Assembly: GCA_946611535.1 (NCBI GenBank)
Contig: CAMODT010000138.1
Span: 2,866-66,865 of the forward strand
Reading direction: 5' to 3'
Origin: an uncultured Lachnospiraceae bacterium
Lineage (GTDB): Bacteria; Bacillota; Clostridia; Lachnospirales; Lachnospiraceae
DNA length: 64,000 nt
The notes under the pieces were generated by a model that was not told the DNA's origin, searched no databases, and saw nothing but the letters and a program-made list of their open reading frames with translations. This document shows positions 19,398 through 28,424 of this stretch, in pieces (the stretch's first letter is position 1; the number at the start of each line of letters is the position of its first letter). A program made the translations under genes and the position numbers.

Positions 19398-20381
19398 ATG
19401 AAAAAAGAACAGATCTTAGAAGAGCTCCTCATGGCCGACGGTTACCTCTCCGGCGAGGAGCTCGGCCGGAAAATGAACTGCACCCGCGCCGCCGTGAGCA
19501 GCGTCATAAAAATGCTCCGCGCCGACGGCTACACGATCGACTCGGTGACCAACCGCGGGTACCGCCTGACCGGGACCCCCAACGTGCTCACCGGCGAGCT
19601 AGTCGCCGCGCGCCTGGGTGAGAGCCGTGCGCAGCATGTCCTGGTTCTCCCCGAGATCGACTCCACCAACCGCCTTCTCAAACAGCTCGCCGACGAGGGC
19701 GCGCCGGACGGACAGGTCGTCATCGCGGACTGCCAGACCCGCGGCCGCGGCAGGCTGGGGCGGGATTTTTATTCTCCGAAGAAGAAAGGGGTTTATTTTT
19801 CCATGCTCATGCGCCCCGACATTCTTCCCGCCGAGGCCTTCAACATCACGCCCTGCGCCGCCGTCGCGACGGCCCGGGCGATCGAGCGCACCTGCGGCGT
19901 CTCCCCCTCGATCAAATGGGTCAACGATCTGCTGCTCGGAGGAAAAAAGATCGTCGGGATCCTCACCGAGATGACCCTCGAGGCCGAGACCGGCCGCATC
20001 GCGGGCATCATCTGCGGGATCGGCATCAACGTCCTCGAGGAGGAGGAAGATTTCAGTGAGGAACTCCGCGGCATCGCGGGCTCGATTAAAACGGCCGCCG
20101 GCATCGAATGCTCCCGCGCCGCCCTCGCCGCCGCCCTCACCGAGGAGATGGACGTCCTCCGGACCGGCTGGCCGGCCTGCCAGGGCGAGTTCCTTGCTGC
20201 CTACCGTGAACGGCTCGGCACAAAAGGTCCGATCGCCATCCACGATCTTCTCGGAAACAGAAAAAATGCCGACGCGATCGGCGTCGGCGATGATTTCTCG
20301 CTGCATGTGCGCTATGAGGACGGCAGCGAGGAGTATCTGAGAAGCGGCGAGATCAGCATCCGCCCGCAGAGCCCGGCTTAA
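19398..20381 (+). CDS. birA: Bifunctional biotin ligase/repressor BirA
   Basis: N-terminal wHTH (YLSGEELG), DSTN, QT.GRGRLGR, KWVNDL...KKI.GIL. Confidence 0.93.
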   Translation: MKKEQILEELLMADGYLSGEELGRKMNCTRAAVSSVIKMLRADGYTIDSVTNRGYRLTGTPNVLTGELVAARLGESRAQHVLVLPEIDSTNRLLKQLADEGAPDGQVVIADCQTRGRGRLGRDFYSPKKKGVYFSMLMRPDILPAEAFNITPCAAVATARAIERTCGVSPSIKWVNDLLLGGKKIVGILTEMTLEAETGRIAGIICGIGINVLEEEEDFSEELRGIAGSIKTAAGIECSRAALAAALTEEMDVLRTGWPACQGEFLAAYRERLGTKGPIAIHDLLGNRKNADAIGVGDDFSLHVRYEDGSEEYLRSGEISIRPQSPA

Positions 20382-21268
20382 ACCTCCGCGTAATTTCCCA
20401 GGAAAATGAACTCCGGGCACGCGCTCCTGATGCGGCCCAGCATTTCCCGAATCTTCGGGTCCGCACAGGAGGCCTCCGCGTCGAGGTAGAAGCAGAACTC
20501 GAAGTCGCGGCCGACGAGCGGGCTGCTCTCAAGCTTTAAGACATTTACCTCTGAGGCGGCGAATTCCCCAAGCAGGCGGTAGAGCGACCCCGGCGTGTGC
20601 GAGACCGTCAGGATCATCGAGATCCGGTTGGACCCGGCGTAAATCACCGGATCCTTTGCGATGCAGATGAACCTCGTGTAGTTGTTGTCGCTGTCCGAGA
20701 CCCGGTTCACGAGGGAGACGAGCCCGTAGGTCTCGGCCGCCTCCGGCGAGGCGATCGCCGCTGCGCCCGGATCGTCGGTCTCCGCAACGTAGCGGGCCGC
20801 CATGGCGGTGTTCAGCACCGGGATCACCGCGATCTTCCCCTCCACGGTCTTCAGGAACTGCGCGCACTGGCCGATCGCCTGCTCGTGGGAGCGTATGCTC
20901 GTGATATCCTCGAACCTCGTGCCGGGCTTCACCAGCAGCTGATGCCGGATCAGGATCCGCTCCGAGCGGATGATCGTCACATCGGCGGTCTTTAAGAGCT
21001 GGTAGACGGCCCGCACCGAGCCGTAGGAGTTATTCTCGATCGGGATCACGCCGTAATCGACCAGCCCGGATTTCACCGCCTCGATCACGCCCCCGAACGT
21101 CTTGAAGAACATCCGCCCGGAGAGCGGGAACATCCGCTTCGCCGCCTGCTCCGAGTAGGCACCTTTCACGCCCTGGCAGCCGATCCTGGCCTTTGCGGGA
21201 AATGTCACGTCCCCCGGCAGCAGCCTCATCTTCTTTCCTGCGATCTCGATCATCTTCTCTTCCTGCAT
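20378..21268 (-). CDS. pheA: Prephenate dehydratase with ACT domain
   Basis: QG..GAYSE, PIEN...GSV, SH.QAI.QC, N.TRF, H.PGSL...LESSP. Confidence 0.9.
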   Translation of the reverse strand: MQEEKMIEIAGKKMRLLPGDVTFPAKARIGCQGVKGAYSEQAAKRMFPLSGRMFFKTFGGVIEAVKSGLVDYGVIPIENNSYGSVRAVYQLLKTADVTIIRSERILIRHQLLVKPGTRFEDITSIRSHEQAIGQCAQFLKTVEGKIAVIPVLNTAMAARYVAETDDPGAAAIASPEAAETYGLVSLVNRVSDSDNNYTRFICIAKDPVIYAGSNRISMILTVSHTPGSLYRLLGEFAASEVNVLKLESSPLVGRDFEFCFYLDAEASCADPKIREMLGRIRSACPEFIFLGNYAEV

Positions 21269-21271
21269 TTT

Positions 21272-22282
21272 TCATTCCTCCTCGCTGATCAGCTGACGGA
21301 TCCTGCGGAGACTCGCCGCTGTTTTCGCAAATTTTTCCGGCGTGAGCGACTGCAGCCCGTCGCATTTTGCGTGCGCGGGGTCGCTGTGCACCTCGATCAT
21401 GACGCCGTCAGCCCCTGCGGCGGCGCCTGCGCGGGCCAGAGCCGGGACATAGGTGTATTTTCCGCCTGCGCTCGACGGGTCGACGATGACCGGCAGGTGC
21501 GTCAGGCTCTTCAGGAGCGGCACGGCGGCCACATCCAGTGTTCCGGGGACGGACGGGTCAAACGTCCGGATCCCCCGCTCGCAGAGGATCACGTTCGGAT
21601 TGCCGCCCGCGAGGATATATTCCGCGCTCATGAGCAGCTCCTCGCGGGTATTTGAAAATCCCCTCTTCAGGATGACCGGCTTCTCCGTCCTGCCCAGCGC
21701 GCGCAGGAGCGCGTAATTCTGCATGTTCTTCGCGCCGACCATGAGAACGTCGATATCGCAAAAGAGCGGCAGCTGGGAGGCGTCGTAGATCTCCGAGACG
21801 ACCGGCAGGCCGTATTGTTCCTTCGCGGCAAGCAGCAGGCGGATGCCTTCGATCCCGAGTCCCTGGAACGCGTAGGGCGAGGATCCTGGCTTGAAGGCGC
21901 TGCCCCGGAGGAGGTCCGCCCCGGCCGCTTTCACCGCCTCTGCGGTCGCCATGAGCTGTTCCTCCGACTCCACCGCGCAGGGTCCGGCGATGATCGTGAG
22001 GTTTCCGCCGCCGATGACCGCGTTTCCGACCCGAATTACGGTGTCGTCCGGGTGGAACTTGCGGTTTGCATTTTTATAGGGCTCCGCGACCCGCTTCACC
22101 GCCTCCACGATGTCGAGCGCGGCGATGAGGTTCATGTCGATCCGGCTCGTGTCGCCGACGAGCCCCAGGATCGTCTGAGAGGCGCCCACGGTCGGGTGCA
22201 CCGCAACGCCCTGCGCGTTCAGCCAGGAAATGAGACCCTCGAGCTGGTCCGGGTCGGGCCTGTTTTTTAAGATGACGATCAT
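21272..22282 (-). CDS. aroF: DAHP synthase (type I-beta, N-terminal regulatory domain)
   Basis: IAGPCAVES, RG.AFKP.SSPYAFQGLG, LKRG, LCERGIRTF, IVDPS. Confidence 0.92.
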   Translation of the reverse strand: MIVILKNRPDPDQLEGLISWLNAQGVAVHPTVGASQTILGLVGDTSRIDMNLIAALDIVEAVKRVAEPYKNANRKFHPDDTVIRVGNAVIGGGNLTIIAGPCAVESEEQLMATAEAVKAAGADLLRGSAFKPGSSPYAFQGLGIEGIRLLLAAKEQYGLPVVSEIYDASQLPLFCDIDVLMVGAKNMQNYALLRALGRTEKPVILKRGFSNTREELLMSAEYILAGGNPNVILCERGIRTFDPSVPGTLDVAAVPLLKSLTHLPVIVDPSSAGGKYTYVPALARAGAAAGADGVMIEVHSDPAHAKCDGLQSLTPEKFAKTAASLRRIRQLISEEE

Positions 22283-22310
22283 AACTTACTCCTTTCTGCG
22301 GGTTCCTTCA

Positions 22311-22364
22311 GGGACGGTTCCTGGGGGACGGTTCCCAGGGAACCGTCCCTGGGAACCGTCCCCC
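22311..22364. repeat. REP-like element (nested GGGACGGTTCC/GGAACCGTCCC)
   Basis: Two forward and two reverse copies of the core, in the aroF leader. Confidence 0.85.
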
Positions 22365-22368
22365 ATAC

Positions 22369-22399
22369 AAAAACCCCCGCGGCCGGCGGCCGCGGGGGT
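22369..22399 (-). terminator. Attenuator terminator upstream of aroF
   Basis: Perfect 12-bp stem ACCCCCGCGGCC/GGCCGCGGGGGT, 3-nt loop, UUUUUGU tail. Confidence 0.85.
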
Positions 22400-22432
22400 C
22401 ATTCTCTTCCTCAGGGAACCTTATTGACCCTT

Positions 22433-22519
22433 TCACGCCCAGCCGAAAAATGCCTTACCCTTCGTAAAGGTAAAGCCGGCAAAGGCGAAAAAGAAGTTGT
22501 TCCCGTTTGTTGTTCTCAT
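22433..22519 (-). CDS. Phe-rich leader peptide (MRTTNGNNFFFAFAGFTFTKGKAFFGWA)
   Basis: 28 codons, 8 of them Phe, lying between a consensus-like promoter and the terminator upstream of aroF-pheA; SD is weak. Confidence 0.8.
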   Translation of the reverse strand: MRTTNGNNFFFAFAGFTFTKGKAFFGWA

Positions 22520-22550
22520 GGCGTTCACTTGTCCATAAATGTTTTGATAT

Positions 22551-22579
22551 ACTTTACCATGTGTACGGCTCGCTGTCAA
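22551..22579 (-). promoter_or_regulatory. Sigma70/A promoter of the aroF-pheA leader
   Basis: TTGACA-N17-TAAAGT with a TG extension. Confidence 0.75.
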
Positions 22580-23483
22580 GCACCGTTTCCTGCAGAAAAT
22601 GCTGCATGTCAGCCGGCATCCTGACGCCGACCCGGATGCTGTTGCCGTTGAACGGCTGGTAGAACTGCATGAAGCCGGCGTGCAGCGCCGCCCGGTCAAG
22701 CCCTTCGATCGGGCCCTTCCCGTAGAGGCTGTCCCCGAGGAGCGGATGGCCGATGTGGCTCATGTGGACCCGGATCTGGTGCGTCCGCCCGGTCTCGATC
22801 TGCAGCTTTAAAAATGCGTAATCAGGGTACTGGCGCACAACCTCGTAGTGGGTGACCGCGCTGTCCCCGTTTTCACGGGCGACGCGCTTTATTTCCCCCT
22901 CGAATTCACGCGCGATCGGAACGTCGATCGTCCCGAAGCTGTTGTCAAATTTCCCCTCCGCCAGCGCATAGTAGACCTTGCGGCGCGTCCCCTTCTCTGC
23001 CTGCTCCACGATGCGGGCGACCGCCGTGCGGCTCTTTCCGAACGCGATGAGGCCGGACGTATCCTTGTCGAGCCGGCCGATGGTCCGGATCTCGTGGGGA
23101 TCGTGGTTCATTTTGTAATACCAGCAGAGGTAATTGGCGAGGGAATCCGAGAAATGTCCGTGGGACGGATGCACCACCATCCCGGCGGGTTTATTTAAAA
23201 TGATGAGATCCTGATCCTCGTAGACGATCTCGAGCGGTCCCTGGACCGGCACCGTCTTCTCGCTGAGCTGATCACTGAGGCGCACCTTCACAACGTCGCC
23301 CGCGCGCAGAACATAATTCACGCGCACCTGGCGGCCGTTCACGGTAATCCCGTTCGGAGTATCGTACTTCGCCCGCGAGATGTCATGGCTGACAAGTCTG
23401 AAATTTTCCTTGATCACATCCCGTACGGTACGGTTCCGCTTCACGTCGGAAGGCCGGGCGATATAGGTGAGCACTCTTAGCAT
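22554..23483 (-). CDS. RluA/RluD family pseudouridine synthase
   Basis: NKPAGMVVHP, RLDKDTSG (catalytic Asp), TGRTHQIRVHM..IGHPLLGD.LYG, ALHA. Confidence 0.92.
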   Translation of the reverse strand: MLRVLTYIARPSDVKRNRTVRDVIKENFRLVSHDISRAKYDTPNGITVNGRQVRVNYVLRAGDVVKVRLSDQLSEKTVPVQGPLEIVYEDQDLIILNKPAGMVVHPSHGHFSDSLANYLCWYYKMNHDPHEIRTIGRLDKDTSGLIAFGKSRTAVARIVEQAEKGTRRKVYYALAEGKFDNSFGTIDVPIAREFEGEIKRVARENGDSAVTHYEVVRQYPDYAFLKLQIETGRTHQIRVHMSHIGHPLLGDSLYGKGPIEGLDRAALHAGFMQFYQPFNGNSIRVGVRMPADMQHFLQETVLDSEPYTW

Positions 23484-23628
23484 AGAATCTCCCGAAAAAG
23501 AGAAGGTCAGTCGACGTCACGCTGCACTATAACATAAGAAAAAAAGAAAGTCTATCCTTGAAATATTTCCCGATCTGTGGTATGAGGGCCGCATTTTGTG
23601 CTATAATTGCCGAAGAGTCAATTACTAT

Positions 23629-23655
23629 GGGGACGGTTCCCAGGGAACCGTCCCC
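23629..23655. repeat. Minimal REP-like palindrome
   Basis: GGGGACGGTTCCC-A-GGGAACCGTCCCC, perfect inverted repeat. Confidence 0.85.
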
Positions 23656-23678
23656 AATCATTAAGAAAGAAGCTCACC

Positions 23679-24431
23679 ATGGAAGTAAACTACTATAAAG
23701 AATACAGCTTCCGGCTCGGCCGGCAGATGGAATTTAAAACCTACGGCACAAAGGGAAAGATCTGCATTGCATTTCCCTCCCAGAACGGCCGTTTCTACGA
23801 TTTCGAAAACTTCGGCATGCACGAGGTCATGCAGCCCTGGATTGACTCCGGCCGCATCATGCTCTGCGCCTGCGACGGCATCGACCGCGAGACCTGGTCA
23901 AACAGAAACGGCGACGAGCACGCCAGGCTTCTCCTGCAGGAAAAATGGTTCTCCTACATCACCGATGAACTCGTCTGCTCGCTCCGCCGGAAAAATGAAA
24001 ACCCCGAAGCCGCCTCGCATCTCATCGCCACCGGCTGCTCGATGGGCGGCTTTCACGCCGCGAATTTCTTCTTCCGCCGGCCGGACATCTTCGACACTGT
24101 GATCTCCCTCTCGGGCTGCTACGACGGCTACCTCTTCTTCCCGGGCTCGAAGGACCCGCTGGTCTACGAGAACTCCCCGGTCGAATTCATCCGGAATATG
24201 CCCGCGGACCATCCCTACATGGACCTCTACCGCGCTTCCCGGATCATTCTCTGCGTCGGCCAGGGCGCCTGGGAGGACGATCTCCTCAAGAGCACCCGCC
24301 GCATGGATCTTGTCCTGCGCGACAAAGGTATCCCCGCCTGGGTCGACTACTGGGGATTCGACGTCAACCACGACTGGTCCTGGTGGCGCCGCCAGCTTCC
24401 GTATTTTCTCGGAAATGTCATGCACGGCTGA
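23679..24431 (+). CDS. Putative esterase (alpha/beta hydrolase)
   Basis: GCSMGG nucleophile elbow, GQGAWE, HDW motif. Confidence 0.8.
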   Translation: MEVNYYKEYSFRLGRQMEFKTYGTKGKICIAFPSQNGRFYDFENFGMHEVMQPWIDSGRIMLCACDGIDRETWSNRNGDEHARLLLQEKWFSYITDELVCSLRRKNENPEAASHLIATGCSMGGFHAANFFFRRPDIFDTVISLSGCYDGYLFFPGSKDPLVYENSPVEFIRNMPADHPYMDLYRASRIILCVGQGAWEDDLLKSTRRMDLVLRDKGIPAWVDYWGFDVNHDWSWWRRQLPYFLGNVMHG

Positions 24432-24434
24432 GGC

Positions 24435-25286
24435 TCACTCGCCCGCCAGGTACCTTTTCATCGCCGGCAGCGCCTCGAAGGCCGCTGCCCGGCCTGCCTC
24501 ATAGGTCCTGACAAGCAGTTCCGTGTCGTGGCAGATGTTGCCAATCCCCAGCTTCTCCTTCGGCCGGATTACGAAGCAGTTTCCTGCCTCCTCCTGCCGG
24601 CGGATGTAGCGGTAGGTGCGGTTGTATTTCTCATGCCGCACCTCCATCGCATGAATGATAGCCGGATACTCTTTCAGCGCGATCTTCGCCGCCGGAACGA
24701 GCTTATTCGGCTTTTTTATGTAGTTCATGGGCTGCGTCAGCACCACGACGTTCCGGTCATACCCCTTTTTCTCGAGGAATCTGAGCGGGACCGAGTCCGA
24801 GAGCCCGCCGTCAAGGTATGTCTTCCCGTCGATCTCCACCGGCCGCGACACGAGCGGCATCGAGGAAGAGGCGCGGAACCATTTCATATCCTTCTCCGTG
24901 CCCCGGGAGACGTTCCGGTAGACCGCCTTGCCGGTCTCCGTGGAGGTCGCGCAGGCATAGAACACCATCGGGTTTTTCCCGTAGGTCTTCAGGTCGAACG
25001 GATCCAGCTCATGCAGGATCGCCTGGTAGCAGAACCGCTCGCCGAAAATATCCCCGGTCTTCATCAGCGACCAGAAGCTGCAGTAGCGCTTGTCCTTCGC
25101 GAACCTTAAGTTGTAGCGGATCGCGCGGCCGTGCTGCAGTGATTTGATATTGGCGCCGAAGACGACGCCCGCCGAGGTGCCGACGCCCCCGTCGAAGGTG
25201 ATCCCCTGCTCCATAAAGACGTCGATGACGCCCGCGGTGAACATGCCGCGCATGCCGCCGCCTTCCATAACGAGACCTGTTTTCAT
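24435..25286 (-). CDS. Patatin-like phospholipase
   Basis: EGGGMRG, GTSAG, DGG motifs. Confidence 0.9.
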   Translation of the reverse strand: MKTGLVMEGGGMRGMFTAGVIDVFMEQGITFDGGVGTSAGVVFGANIKSLQHGRAIRYNLRFAKDKRYCSFWSLMKTGDIFGERFCYQAILHELDPFDLKTYGKNPMVFYACATSTETGKAVYRNVSRGTEKDMKWFRASSSMPLVSRPVEIDGKTYLDGGLSDSVPLRFLEKKGYDRNVVVLTQPMNYIKKPNKLVPAAKIALKEYPAIIHAMEVRHEKYNRTYRYIRRQEEAGNCFVIRPKEKLGIGNICHDTELLVRTYEAGRAAAFEALPAMKRYLAGE

Positions 25287-25290
25287 TTTC

Positions 25291-25875
25291 TCACTCCTCC
25301 AAAAGCCCTTTCAGGCAGTCCCGCCAGAGTCTTCCGACCGGCAGGCCGACCACATTGTTGTAATCGCCGTCAATCTTCTCAATATACCGCGCGAACATCC
25401 CCTGGATCCCGTAGGATCCGGCCTTGTCGAACGGCTCGCCGGTCGAGAGGTAGAACGCGATGTCCTCCTCCGTAAGCCGCGCGACATAGACGTCCGTCTT
25501 TTCGGCAAATGAAACCCTCTCACCCGCCGAAAGCACGCACACGCCGGTCCAGACCTCGTGCCCGCGTCCGGAAAGGAGCCTCAGCATCCTGGCTGCGTCC
25601 TCCGGATCGTGCGGCTTCCCCAGGATCTCATTGCCCAGAACGACGATCGTGTCCGCTCCGACGATGATGAGGTCTTCATTTCCGCGGCCTTCCCGGACCA
25701 GGTGCTCCCGGACCGCCTCCGCCTTCCTTGCGGCCAGCTCCCGGCAGGCTGCCGCCGGCTCCAACGCATGGACCGACTCGTCCGCCTCCGAGGTCAGGAC
25801 TTCAAAGTCGAGGCCGATCTGGGCAAGCAGCTCCCTCCTCCGCGGCGAAGCAGAGGCAAGTATGATCTTCCTCAC
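25291..25875 (-). CDS. maf: Maf family nucleoside triphosphate pyrophosphatase
   Basis: ILASASPRRRELL, ADTIV, LGKP, DKAGSYGIQG, NVVGLP. Confidence 0.92.
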   Translation of the reverse strand: MRKIILASASPRRRELLAQIGLDFEVLTSEADESVHALEPAAACRELAARKAEAVREHLVREGRGNEDLIIVGADTIVVLGNEILGKPHDPEDAARMLRLLSGRGHEVWTGVCVLSAGERVSFAEKTDVYVARLTEEDIAFYLSTGEPFDKAGSYGIQGMFARYIEKIDGDYNNVVGLPVGRLWRDCLKGLLEE

Positions 25876-26594
25876 GCCCGCACCTCCGCGAGCGCCCTGT
25901 CCGGCTCGTTGGTAAAGATCGCGTCGACCCCGAGAGCCATCATCTGCCGGACATGCTCCGCCCCGTCCACGGTCCAGACCCGCACGGTAAGCCCGGCCTC
26001 ATGCGCCTTCTTCACGTAATCCGGCTCGGTAAGGTGGTAAATGGCCGGGTGCAGCGCATCCGCGTGAACCGTATGTTTCGCATAATCGACCACCCCGATC
26101 GGCCGGTCCGCGTAGAGGAGGCCGGCTCCGGCGAAGGGGGCGAGTTCTTTCATTTTCCGCACCGAGAAATGGTTGAAGGATGAGTAAAACACCTGCTCCT
26201 CCATCTTCATCTCCCGGGTGAGCGCGGCGACCTGCTCCTCGATCCCGTCGAACGTAAAGATGCCCGTCTTCAGCTCCACATTGATGAGGAGCCCGGTCGG
26301 CCGCATGAGCTCGTAGACTTCGCGGAGCGTCGGGATCCTCGCGTCCTTGTATTCCGGGTGCGTTTTATTAAAATGAAGCCCTTTCAGTTCCGCGAGCGTA
26401 TAGTCTTTGAGCCAGCCCTGCCCGTCAGATGTGCGGTCCAGGGTCTCGTCGTGGCAGACGACAAGCTCGCCGTCGGCTGTCCTCTGGACGTCCAGCTCGA
26501 TCCCGGCCGGCTTCATCTCTGCCGCGAGAGCGAAGCTTTCCAGTGTATTTTCCGGGGCGTAGGCTGAGGCGCCGCGGTGCGCAAATATTTTCAT
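25872..26594 (-). CDS. Glycerophosphodiester phosphodiesterase
   Basis: AHRGAS..APENT, ELDVQ.T.DG.LVV.HD, NVELK, VWTVD. Confidence 0.92.
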   Translation of the reverse strand: MKIFAHRGASAYAPENTLESFALAAEMKPAGIELDVQRTADGELVVCHDETLDRTSDGQGWLKDYTLAELKGLHFNKTHPEYKDARIPTLREVYELMRPTGLLINVELKTGIFTFDGIEEQVAALTREMKMEEQVFYSSFNHFSVRKMKELAPFAGAGLLYADRPIGVVDYAKHTVHADALHPAIYHLTEPDYVKKAHEAGLTVRVWTVDGAEHVRQMMALGVDAIFTNEPDRALAEVRA

Positions 26595-26596
26595 TT

Positions 26597-27421
26597 TCAG
26601 GATTCTCCTTCCTCGACGATCACAGGCATCTCCGATTCATAGGTGAGCGAGTAGAGCCTGTCGTAGGACCTTCTGCCCTTCGCGGTGTCCGAAAATTCCT
26701 CGATCAGCTGGGCCGCCTTCGGCAGCGTGTTCATATAGAGCTCCATCAGGCGGTCATCCGAGAGCGCCAGACGCGGGTTCGCTTCCTTGCGGACGATGTG
26801 GCCGCCGAACCTTTTGTAGACATGGGCGGTCTTCATCAGGCTCGTGAGCAGGTTCCGCTTGAGGTCCGTCCGGCAGACCAGGATGCGGTTGACCGTCACA
26901 AAGCCTTTGAGCGCCTTCAGGACGCCCCGCGGGGTCACACCCGGGTAGAATTTCGAGATGATCTCCGCGTACCTCTTCGTCGGGCGGAAACCGTCGGAAA
27001 GATCCTCCGCGACAGGGTTTTTCCCGTCCATCTCAAGGAGATACCGGTCGAACTCGCCCTCGATCTCCGCGTGGCTGATCCCGGTCTCCTTCTCGTGGCG
27101 GATGATGAAATTGTGGCAGACCGCATCCAGCGCAAAATGGCACAGAGACCCGTACACATAAGCCCATGCCAGGGGATCGTCATGTTCGGCGAGCACCTTC
27201 GCCGCCTTCTCAAAGAAGATGCGGCCGGGCTTTCTGTGGATCCGGCTTCCGACCTTGTTAATGCGGTTTTTGAAGAGCGGATTGTAATAGAAGAAAATGT
27301 CAGGTCCCTGCAGGCCGATCCGATAAAGATCGTACTCCGCCTCGGTCTGCGGCTTCAGCTCTTCCGGCAGGCGCCGCAGCACATCTCTTCCGAACCGCTC
27401 GTGCGTGTAAGTTGTGGGCAT
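26597..27421 (-). CDS. Zinc-dependent phospholipase C family protein
   Basis: TH..F N-terminus, G.QGPD.FFYY, H, GSLCHFALD..CH zinc ligands. Confidence 0.8.
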   Translation of the reverse strand: MPTTYTHERFGRDVLRRLPEELKPQTEAEYDLYRIGLQGPDIFFYYNPLFKNRINKVGSRIHRKPGRIFFEKAAKVLAEHDDPLAWAYVYGSLCHFALDAVCHNFIIRHEKETGISHAEIEGEFDRYLLEMDGKNPVAEDLSDGFRPTKRYAEIISKFYPGVTPRGVLKALKGFVTVNRILVCRTDLKRNLLTSLMKTAHVYKRFGGHIVRKEANPRLALSDDRLMELYMNTLPKAAQLIEEFSDTAKGRRSYDRLYSLTYESEMPVIVEEGES

Positions 27422-27493
27422 GATGACTGAAGACGGCAAAGCCTTCCTTTCGGGCGGCCCTGCCGTCATTTCCTTTCCTTAATATACTGTATT

Positions 27494-28093
27494 TCAGAGC
27501 GCCGCCTTGATCGCGGCCAGAAACTCATCGAACTCCTCGAACGCCGGCAGATCCGGGTTCTCCGCCTTGATTGCCTCCGTGCTCTTGAAGAGGAAGCCGG
27601 CCTTCGAGGCGCGGATCATCCCGAGATCGTTGTGGCTGTCGCCGGCCGCGATCGTCTCAAATCCGCAGGACTGCAGCGCCCTGACGGTCGTGAGCTTGGA
27701 CTGCTCGCAGCGCATCTTATAGCCGGTGATCTCCCCGTTCTCCCCGACGATGAGCTCGTTGCAGAAGAGAGACGGGTAACCGAGCTTCTTCATGAGCGGC
27801 ATCGCGAACTGCGTGAACGTATCGCTCAGGATGACGACCTGCGTGATGCTCCGGAGCTCATCCAGGAACTCCTTTGCGCCCGGCAGCGGGTCGATCCCCG
27901 CGATCGTCTGCTGGATCTCCTTAAGGCCCAGCCCGTGCTCCTTCAGTATCTGGATACGGAAGCGCATCAGCTTGTCGTAATCCGGCTCGTCACGGGTCGT
28001 GCGGCGCAGCTCCGGGATCCCCGTCGCCTCGGAAAATGCAATCCAGATCTCCGGCACCAGCACCCCTTCCATGTCCAGGCATACAATATTCAT
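27494..28093 (-). CDS. thrH: Phosphoserine phosphatase / homoserine phosphotransferase
   Basis: CLDMEGVLVPEIW, TTRDEPDYD.LM, SDTF.QF, GDS.ND. Confidence 0.92.
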   Translation of the reverse strand: MNIVCLDMEGVLVPEIWIAFSEATGIPELRRTTRDEPDYDKLMRFRIQILKEHGLGLKEIQQTIAGIDPLPGAKEFLDELRSITQVVILSDTFTQFAMPLMKKLGYPSLFCNELIVGENGEITGYKMRCEQSKLTTVRALQSCGFETIAAGDSHNDLGMIRASKAGFLFKSTEAIKAENPDLPAFEEFDEFLAAIKAAL

Positions 28094-28219
28094 ACTAACC
28101 TCCTGCGATGCGGCCCGGCAGCCCGGGCGTTCTTTCATATGTGAGATAGTGTAGCAAAAAAAACATTTTTTTGCAATTGTGTGTTATTATATAAAAAACG
28201 AAAAGTGTATAGGGACTTT

Positions 28220-28393
28220 GGGGACGGTTCCTGGGAGGCCGCCTGCGGCTGGGGACGGTTCCTGGGAGGCCGCCTGCGGCTGGGGACGGTTCCTGGGAGG
28301 CCGCCTTCGGCTGGGGACGGTTCCTGGGAGGCCGCCTTCGGCTGGGGACGGTTCCTGGGAGGCCGCCTGCGGCGGCCGGTGGGAACCGTCCCT
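28220..28393. repeat. Tandem array of five REP-like units (31-bp period) closed by an inverted core
   Basis: GGGGACGGTTCCTGGGAGGCCGCCT(G/T)CGGCT x4, then a full element ending GGGAACCGTCCC; no unique spacers. Confidence 0.9.
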
Positions 28394-28424
28394 GAACCCC
28401 CCGCCCGCACGAAAGGACTTTCAC

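Noticed and set aside
22369-22550. T-box riboswitch upstream of aroF
   Set aside because: No T-box consensus (GGTGG.ACC) or specifier stem found; the leader is short and is explained by the Phe-rich ORF.
28220-28393. CRISPR array
   Set aside because: Units are contiguous near-identical repeats with no unique spacers, no cas genes are present, and the same core occurs singly elsewhere.
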